From contig NW_002060946.1 in NCBI RefSeq assembly GCF_000150275.1, forward strand, positions 3,615,454-3,679,453: 64,000 nt of DNA, in the 5' to 3' direction. The DNA is from Trichoplax adhaerens. Its lineage: Eukaryota; Animalia; Placozoa. Below the pieces are notes generated by a model. That model saw only the letters and a list, made by a program, of their open reading frames with translations, searched no databases and had not been told where the DNA came from. This document shows, piece by piece, positions 54,326-64,000 of the stretch. The stretch's first letter is position 1, and the number at the start of each line of letters is the position of its first letter. Both the position numbers and the translations under genes were made by a program.

Positions 54326-57199
54326 AGGTTAATTCATAGTTATAGTCATAGTGGAGTGATTGAGTTATGCAAAGACGCAATCCTGTTTTATTTTTTTTTT
54401 AATATTGAATCTTGCAATGAATCTACTCTATCTTGACATCAATAGTAGTTGCAATCTTTTCAATTGATTCTTTTTACAGTTTCTAGTAACGAAGTAGAAT
54501 CGCTGTAGAATCCAATGGAAATAATTGTGGATGATTGTTGCCGTCGGCTTTTAAGGCGTAAATGCCTTTAGGTGCTTCTGCTATTGTGCTGCACTAATTA
54601 CTTGTACTGACTTGGGATTACTTCACTTTTGTTATTTCATCGCTGTCAGGATAGTGCTTCTCTGTTTTATCAGTTGAACAACTGATGACAGTACGCAGTT
54701 AGAGTACAGTAACAGTCGAATTCTACCGCTAATGTTTTAATGACAGTTCATGAGGACAGCCATATCAATCATTCGTTAAAAATTAGAAATTACTGTAGCA
54801 ATAAACCCCTGACTACTGTATTCATTATGATGAAGAGTCATACTATAAAATACCAATACGGTACCGCGGCTGTCCGTCTAAGACACGGAGTGCAGTGGAA
54901 AGCTGTCTCTATTAAGTCAAGTACTTTTCTGTCAGCTGCGTCAAGAAGGCAGTCGTTATTTTACTGAATCACTATCTGCCATTCTAATTTAATTTCAATC
55001 GGTTATCCTTGACAAAAATTCCACTGCAATCCATAATCAGCGTACCAGTGGCATCCACTTGTGGCACACAAGAACAGATCGTCACGGATCTGTACTGTAC
55101 TGTACCAGGTTGTACCACAGTGGAATGCCATACTATAGTGCGCTCCAAACACACCGTTGCTCCAAGCCTATCGTATGAGATGAGAATTTTGTTTACATCT
55201 TAAGACTGGATACCAAGGGCCAGTCGGCTGAGCTCTCTTTCCAAGCTGCTTAGTAAAAGTCATCAAGAGCGTCATACGTCAAAAAAGTGAAGCCAAGCGT
55301 GAATGACGCTACTTCCGATCACGCTCTCCAGCATGCATCAAAATGGCCGGTACTCAATCTATCTGATTGATTCATCTTCCGATAGATTCTTCCATGGGAT
55401 GCTGCTCGATCCGTTTATAATCCATGGATGATTTATTATAGCAGTAAGCTTGTAAAGCGCTGGGTATTCTACTTTACCCTATTCAGTGAACCATCATAAA
55501 CAAAGTTCATCTACAGAAGAATGTTGAGATTTACATGATACTCTCAAGAGGGGCATGACAAAAAAGATGACCTCTGTTAGCCTAACGTTAGCAATGTCAA
55601 TAAAGGGGTAAATGTTCCAATCAAACTATATACTAATGTACAAACTCTGGTGTACTACATGCTGAGTCACTATTGAACGCTAAAATTGGCTATGTAAACA
55701 TGCATATCACGAGATAAATGACTATCCAAATACAACCATTGATAAACCCTCGACAGCTATTGAATTCCATCACCACGCTAGCATACTGTAGATTGCACGG
55801 ACTGTCGACCATATCCTATTCGCTGTAAATATGCTCCCATACGAGTATTAGCATTGCTTAAATATCGAAGAACAATAAACTGCATGTTTGCATCACTGAC
55901 AGTAATACAGAATCGATCCTTGGTGATCAGAGCATGGCAAAGTGATTGTAAAAAAAGAATTACAATTGTAAAAAATATAATTACGTCATACCTTGGAAAG
56001 TGCAGCTTAATACGGTAATATCGAGCTCGAGAAGCCATCTTTACTAGCGTCTAGAGAACGAAAGTAACCGAGATGAATACATTCTACGGCAATCGCAAAA
56101 TTCTACTCATGATACACATACGATACTTGGTGTATTACATCTTTCATTTCCATCCACCATAGGATCAATTTCTTGGGTCAAGTCATCAGATTTAGAAAAT
56201 TGACATTGGTCAATAATCATGATACGAGCACAGTCTATTTCTATTGATATCCAATGATCATGATACCGAATACTTAAGCCTTCACGATCAAGCTACACTA
56301 ATGATGACGATCACTGATGACATAGCGAATGGCTATAGACCCTCTTCTCCAGCCCATTCGCTTCCCTTGACTGTGTAATGTTCGTTTTCACTAATAAAAG
56401 AATGCTATGAAACGCCAATAATTCTATCGATCGTCTATTCGTACATTATGACATCTTGAACTCAACTCGAATGACTTACGCTCGCAACTGATCATGACAC
56501 AGTATAAATCGAGTAGTCAAGGATGTATCAATATTGAAGAATCGTTACGGATGTAGATATCCTTTTCTCTTCCCTAGACTACAGACTTCCATATAAATTT
56601 CTACCAGACCTCATAAACGCATTTATCAATTTATGTAGGCGTTCTATCAATGAGGTCACAAGATTACTGACAACTTACTGCCAATACATATTTTCAAAGG
56701 CCTGCTGCTGATACTGCAAAATTTCTATCACATGACACAAATCGTAAGGAAAGGTATAAAAATTTCGGTTACATAGCAGAAATCATAAGGAAAAATTCAA
56801 ATTTTCTTGACATTATCTACATCGTCCAAAACGTACGCTAAATAAATTCTTTAATCCGCATCGAATTACATCACATCTGTCACCAATTATAATTATATAT
56901 ATAATTATTATTAAAATACTATTAAAGGTCAATCCATTAAACATTTATTATTACTAGTCATCTGATTATAACAATCATCATCGATTGACTTGATAGTAAA
57001 TAAATAAAAGGTGTTGTCGTAGTTGCAAGAGAAGTTCAGCTGAGGAGATTATACTATATTACGTCGAAGCTAAAGCATGCCATGTACGAATGCAAAATAG
57101 CATAATCCAATTCTAAGAAGTAAAAGTTGATATCTGCACAGCAAAAGCAATATAACTAACGAAGGCAGCCAACATTCTGATTGCAATCATAGTATAGTA

Positions 57200-57478
57200 T
57201 ATCTATGATAAACTAGCTATGATCGTGTAGAATTTATAGTACTTCAGCAGTAGGAAAATTATCATCAATATGATTTGCAAATATCCTTTTCACAGTAAAG
57301 TCAACGAATATTCTTACTACGATGATCACTACAGTATACTGTAGTAAAAGTACCTACTGCAAAACTAGCTACGATTCCACAGTATATAATTAATGCATAT
57401 ACACGATTATAGTATTTTAGTAGAAGGAAAGTTATCGATTAATAATGATGGTTTCCAAATATCCTTTTCAAAGAAATA
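57200..57478. repeat. Two-copy diverged repeat
   Basis: aaaactagcta.gat...ttatagta...aa.ttatc...caaatatccttttca occurs twice. Confidence 0.6.
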
Positions 57479-60400
57479 ATGATAATAATATTAAATATAT
57501 AGGCGTAGATAGATATCTAGCTTAATCGTATTTCAACCTCCAAACAACGCGGTCAATTCTCAATATAGACTGATTTTACTATGCTTAAATTATTATGATT
57601 TAACGCAATCAAAATTTACTCAATTAAATTATCAATTTTTATTTAACAAATGTGGTATTTATTTAATCAAAAATGAAATATCTTCAAAACTTGCTGTGAT
57701 ATCGCGTGAAATAGAATCGACAATTGAATTTGGTACGATTTGGTAAGATTGATTTAACAAAGCATCGCGTAGGCTCTAGTAATTAAAAGAAAATCCTGCT
57801 GTTGTGTTAATATTTGCTCATATTTATAGACACGCTAACTAATTCTAGATATCTACATACTGTATTACATATTGTCCTTAGAGAATCATATGGCTGATTA
57901 GAGGCTTGGATAGCTTCCCAATTGTATGATCGAATGATAGAATCGAAAATTCTGCATTTGTAAGATTCGTAGTGAAAGTTTTACGATAGTAAGAATAAAG
58001 ATTGTTAGACAGACTGTTCTTAAATTTTATTTTATTTTCACTCTTAATTCTTGCTCAATACACTGTAACACGATTAAATCAGGAGCCTTCATATCAAATT
58101 GACAATGTCGAATCGATGTGAAAATAATCTCCAATTGAATCAATATCAAATGATAATTTTCATCGTCAAGCTGAGCTAGCGCTGAAGAATTCTATAAGTT
58201 ATGATATGGTTGGCATTTATCTTGCGTGGTATCAGTAGATAAAGGAAAAAAACATATTTTGATAATAATTTGATCATATTTGCAAAGAAAGGAATTAATG
58301 CTATCCACATGAGCTTAAAAGATGGTATATTTTATTTATTTCACATGGTTTACTTTACACTAATTTGGCGCTGTATCAAAAAAAAACTTAATAGAATTTT
58401 GAATTACCAGGTTTAATGAATACGTATATTCGCTTAAAATCGCCAGTAATAAAACTTTAAATCTCATTCATAAAAATCTCGCGACTAGAAAGTTGATATT
58501 GAGGGTTTTAATGGAAGATTAAAGAGATTAAAATTTCATCTAAATTATAAACAACTATAAAATACGAATGTTGTACTCATGATGATAACAATAGCTACTG
58601 GCAGATTTTAATACTAAATCTATTCATAGAGTGAAACATATTGAGCCAATACCGTAGCGAAAACAGATGAGCTATTTACATATAAACATAGCTTTTAATG
58701 ATTAAAGTTGACATAAATCAAACCAGACTAAATATCGATGAATAAATGAAATAACTAACTGTAATCCATAATTTTATCTACTTATTAGTTACTATTTCAT
58801 GTAGCTAATAAAATAAAAGACCGTGATATTATTATTAACTACATACTGTAGTATAGGTTATTACAACGGAAAAGGAGAAGTTTTAAAAATTCTTATAGAT
58901 AAGCTGCATAACTGTTGATAGTTAAACTAATTACCATACTGAGTTCAACTTGACAATAAATAAGAATTAATCTACCTACAAATGGCACTACGATACAAAA
59001 CAAGATTTAAAGCCTTGTTGATTATTTATAGGCTGACCCAAATACATACGAGAATAGCGTAGATGATTACTGGAGTAAAGAATAATATTAATCAATTTGC
59101 TATAGACTAACGAGCATGTGACGTTTTACTATATGAATGTTTATACAAGTAACATACTGTAGTATAACCACTGTACACAATAAAATAACCACTTGAATAG
59201 AAGATCGTACAATATTTATATTCGAAAATGCATTAATTTTAAATGGACATATTCCGTTTATTTTTTAATTTTTATTTGGCCCCTTCACGAGCTCATTCAT
59301 TTCAATATTATTTCTATACAACCTTTCGGAGAAACTGTTAAGTAATTTACCCATCATGAGTAATTTTAAGTACTATCTTATGAACAATACCTTATTCGAT
59401 ATCTTCAATTAATATATTACTAAAATTATGGAAAAGATCAATTGCGCTAGAAAATTTTTTAAATTGTATATAATTCTTCCTACTATTTAAACCAGCTAAA
59501 ATTATCACTTAATGGGCATGTAATGCTATTTAATCAATAACACGCTAGTGAATACTCATATGCTTTACCTATCTGAAATTGTGCATAGGTGATATATTGT
59601 CCAAATGTTTATAGCGTAAAAGTCCTGATTATCTCCGTAAGTACTCTTCTTGGCCCAATATCTCCAATCAGAATGCAACAGAAATTAATCTTAGAGATCA
59701 TTATACCATGGCATGCGGCATTTTTAATGTCATTAATAAAATATTTTATAAAATTTCTTACAAGTATTGGAGTTGACTCAAATAGGTTCCAAATTCGAAT
59801 TCGTTCCTCTAGTTAACGACAAAATCTATTCAATATAGTATGTGCTATCATTAAATTATAAATAAAATAATTGTCTATATTCTTCTATACGGGTATTTAA
59901 ATTAAAACTGACAGCATGAGCATTTATTCCTAATACATTTTTGTCATCACGTCTTTGACCATACGATAGGCGGGCCTTGGCCAGCTCCACCCCAAAAAGT
60001 AATGGCATGTGGAGAGAAAAATGCCATGTTTATTTATTCGTTATCGTATTGACGTCGATGGAATTATGTTGACATAAATTCTACCCTCTGACTTTTTATC
60101 TCTTAGAATTATAATTGAATCATAAAGAAATGATAGAAATTAACCTAATCTAAAAAGTTTAAATTCGATTCTAACTGATTAATTACGCAAGCATTATGGG
60201 CACGATTTATTGTATCCCTAAAACTTTTTCAACCTCTTATTAGTGTGTTTGCATCATAATCTTGCGATTCATAAATTTATCTTCTATTTGTAAATACAGT
60301 AGAATAAAAAATGAATCAAAGCGAATCTTTATGGATAGTTTAAGTTGAATAATTCGATCGGAATTAACAATGATGTGGTTCGTTATAACATTCCATCAAT

Positions 60401-62379
60401 TGATTGCCGAGTAAAATTTCGAAAAACCATCGGATACTTCGAGATCGGCATGTTTCAAACATCTATAATTTTGTTTGTTACTACATTATTGATATTGCAG
60501 ATAAAAATTTTAGCGTTATACATGCTTTGATGCTTTAATAAACTAACAAACTTGATCAATTTCCTAAAATTTAATTCGATATGAACCACTGCACCTGTTG
60601 TAAAACCGGGAATTAAATATCCTGCTGGCATAAATAGATATACAATGAAATTTTATACAGAAAAGAAATTTATTTAAGTCTTATTGTGCTCTGCTATCTT
60701 TAGCTGTAATAGTACAATATCGTTCGTAAAAATTGGCAATATTTTTAAAATGCTAATAAACGAATATATATTTGACCTTCAATTATTATAATCATTTTTT
60801 GTTTTGGTAATTATTAAATTCTATTTATTATCGATAGGTAATTCAATCAATAAATATCAATCCAAAAACTCAAAAATAATATTGATACACCAAAATAGCC
60901 ATATCAGATTAATTCGGTAGAATGTGTCGGTCTGGAATATAGTATAAAATACTATAAGATCTTCACGAAAATTAGGAAAGTATTCAAAAGCTTAAGCAAT
61001 TATTGAGTCTAAAAATTGCAGACTCTAACAATTTGAAAAATATCGGACTAAACGTCAAATGCATCGAAATGTATATTTGTAATCCATTATTATAGTATAT
61101 TCAACTATTATCGTTAAGGAATCAGTGAATAGTAAAATTATATACCGGTACTATTTGATTAGACTAACAAAATAGAATTGTCAAATTCATCTCAAAATAG
61201 ATAGTGGCTAATCCTAGATTTATCTCAAGGTAAACATCTATTTCTAATAATATTTATCTATTGTACACCCATAGACCTACAAATTAATAAGCAAAACCTT
61301 AAGAAAAAAATGTCAATCGGTTAATGCGAATAAACATCTTCTTCATAATATACTGACTGCTAGCAATAATTATAATTTAAGCACACACAAACACTATCTG
61401 CCTACTAACTTTTCTATTTGTTTCAATAAAATATTATCTGAAGCTTAGATAATGTATTATATAGCCACTCCCTTAATACTTATCTATTGTATGAATAGGA
61501 TCTATAAATTAATAAGTAAAAATCTAAGAAGAAAATGTAGATCAGTCAATGCAATGTTACAAGTCTTGTCAATGACCCTGGCAATAATATTTTGAATCAT
61601 ACATAAACACCATCCACCTCCTAGGTATTTCTATTTTCTTCCATCGAAAATATTGTCAAGAACACTGTGATATACTCTAAAAATATAAATAACAAATTAG
61701 TGTCAAGAAAACTTATCAGCCTATAACTAAACCTAGACATTGCATGCCTAGATAGGAATTACAAAACTGTATTGATGCACATAGAAACGGACACGAATCT
61801 ATTATATCATTATACAGCGCGAACATCTTTACCACTATGCCAAAATTGTTTATACAACAAGATAAATTTATCAAAAATGATAAAAATTGTAGTAGACGAA
61901 TATATTTATGTATTTACAATGCTCATATTGTTGTTTTCTAAAGGCCATAAAGATGTTGTAATACTCAAGTCGGTTATTTTTATGTAAAATTTTCATTGCA
62001 CACAAACCGGAAGAACCACAGTTTTAAGTCAATATTAAAATAAAACCATCAGATACTTTTCTGATTAGTGTACTTAAACGAAATGCTTAAAAATAATCTC
62101 TGGAAAATTAGAAGGGGTTAACATAGTCAAATATTCAATGTTATGCTTTTTACTGCTCTAACACATTGCCTGATTAGGTGATAAAAAATTCCACTAACTT
62201 TTTCACTTCAAAATTAAGATAGGAGGTTATATTGTCAGGAATCAATCATGGAGCATTACATGAATGTAAATCGAATTTAACTGGTAGTATCAGATCGAAC
62301 TTGGCCGAATTTCTTGGACTTTTTACTGTAAGAGAAGCATAGACTGGTGCAGTAATATTTAATTGTAATAATTAGATCA

Positions 62380-62780
62380 AACTAGAACGAATTTATCAGA
62401 TTGACCATAAATTTATAAATGTCTTACGGTATGGCATTAATGGGTATACATAGCTTGCTCGTTTGATTTTATTACATCATATTCAAATGAGTTACATTGT
62501 GTAGCTGATTTTCAGCATACTGGTAGATGCATATTATATAGAGCCAAGATTATCAGATCGAATTTTAATGGATACGGTTAAATTTTGGATTCCGAAGCTT
62601 CCTTAAGGTGATATACTGTAACAATGAACAGTACTGCATCAAGCTAGTAGTACAAGGTTAAGATTTAATAATAGATATCGTTAAATCTTTGGATACTGAA
62701 GAATCCTTAAGGTAATATAATAATAATTACTGGATCAGGTTAGCATTATCTGGTCAAAGCTTAAAAGATTCACTTAGATT
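62380..62780. repeat. Diverged ~110-bp repeat
   Basis: gata..gttaaat.tt.ggat.c.gaag..tccttaaggt.atata occurs near 62570 and 62675, with weaker copies on both sides. Confidence 0.55.
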
Positions 62781-64000
62781 TCTCATGTTAAATCTATTTT
62801 AGGGTAGTATAATAATGCGTACCGTATTGAGCCGACATTAATAAATCAAATTTAAATATAATTCATAATATTTTTCATTTCAAAAGTCATATTAGTTTAA
62901 CACACTAATATAAATATGTACGGTACTATATCGGGGTAATAGTATTAGACGATATTTTAATGAGTTCAGTTAAAATTTATTACTTCAATTTTTATTAGAA
63001 TATATAGATTATGGAATTTAATCGTCTCCATTAAGTAGCTTGAATGAGTTGATTTATGAATTTTTACTTCACATTTTCTTTAGGATATTGTATAACTGTA
63101 GACGGATTTAGCTGTAAGGTTATTAGGTTAAACTTGAACAAATTGCATCTATTTCATTCTAAATTTTATCACGGAAAACATTATCGGTATCCTATAAAAA
63201 AAACTAAATCATCTTATACTAGATCTACCTTCAAAGTACTCTATTGCATCTCAATTGTAAAAATATCCTTTAATATTGTATTAATAGATATGATATTTTA
63301 ACTGACATTATCGAGTATGACTATAGAATCTAATTTTCGCCATTAAATCGAAATCTGAACAAGTTGGCTTTCATATTACAGTATCTTTAGGGATTGAATT
63401 GCAATAGACTGCATTTTATAGTGAGATTATTAGTTCAAGTTTAGATTAATTCCCTAGAACTTTTCTTTTCAAAGTTGCTACTGAGTTTCGTATCGATACT
63501 ACAGCATCTACAGGATCAACTTGCATTGCATCCAACTGTAACTATTGATCTTGTACAAAATTCCTTTACTTTTTACATTTTAAAGTTATCTATATAATGT
63601 AAGGCATCAGTGCTGTATAAGATATTAACTCGATCAAGTTATATAAGATCCGACTTTAACGAGCTCAGTTTAACTTTTATTACCAAAATTATCTTTAAAT
63701 ATTATAATTGTGGACATAATACTGAAGTGATGTTTGTAAGAGTAGCAGGATTCTGCAATTTAGCCACCTTTAGTCGCCTTAATCAGATCAATGTTGAGCA
63801 ATTTTCTTTGAAGTTTTTATTTCAAATTATAATAAATTAACTATAACGTACGCATGTACATTATTTCGTTGATACCATCCGATTAAAGTTTGACCTATTC
63901 AATTAAATCTATTTTTTTATGTAAATGTCGCCCTAGTCCTTTATCTCAATTTAGTCCTCTGTCATCAAAATCAACATGATCTAAACTCAATAATACTCCA

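Noticed and set aside
60345-63840. Short ORFs in the distal AT-rich region
   Set aside because: Lengths and Ile/Lys/Phe/Asn-rich composition are as expected by chance in AT-rich DNA; no splice-consistent gene could be built.

Overview
AT-rich eukaryotic (animal) genomic DNA with many short spliceosomal introns. Composition, intron sizes and gene content suggest a compact early-branching animal genome, possibly a placozoan such as Trichoplax (inference only). By manual splicing I reconstruct nine protein-coding genes: TDH (5' end outside the window, +), MVD (-), NBN/NBS1 (+), C1orf109/AIRIM (-), ZFAND1 (+), SACM1L/SAC1 (-), MRPL52 (+), and two tandem SLC7A9/b0,+AT-like light-chain transporters (-,-). 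The first eight genes strictly alternate in strand, forming three head-to-head pairs. SAC1 has a clear U12-type (minor spliceosome) intron and MVD has a GC-AG intron. Long introns and intergenic spacers hold many locus-specific tandem repeats of about 80-380 bp. One is a 10-copy 144-bp array with a 421-bp higher-order unit, whose monomer carries U12 donor and branch-point consensus motifs on the minus strand. There is one 50-N assembly gap and no recognisable gene in the last ~11.5 kb. I found no prokaryote-type systems, CRISPR arrays, tRNA/rRNA genes or intact transposons. Most ORFs in the supplied track are exon read-throughs or spurious.
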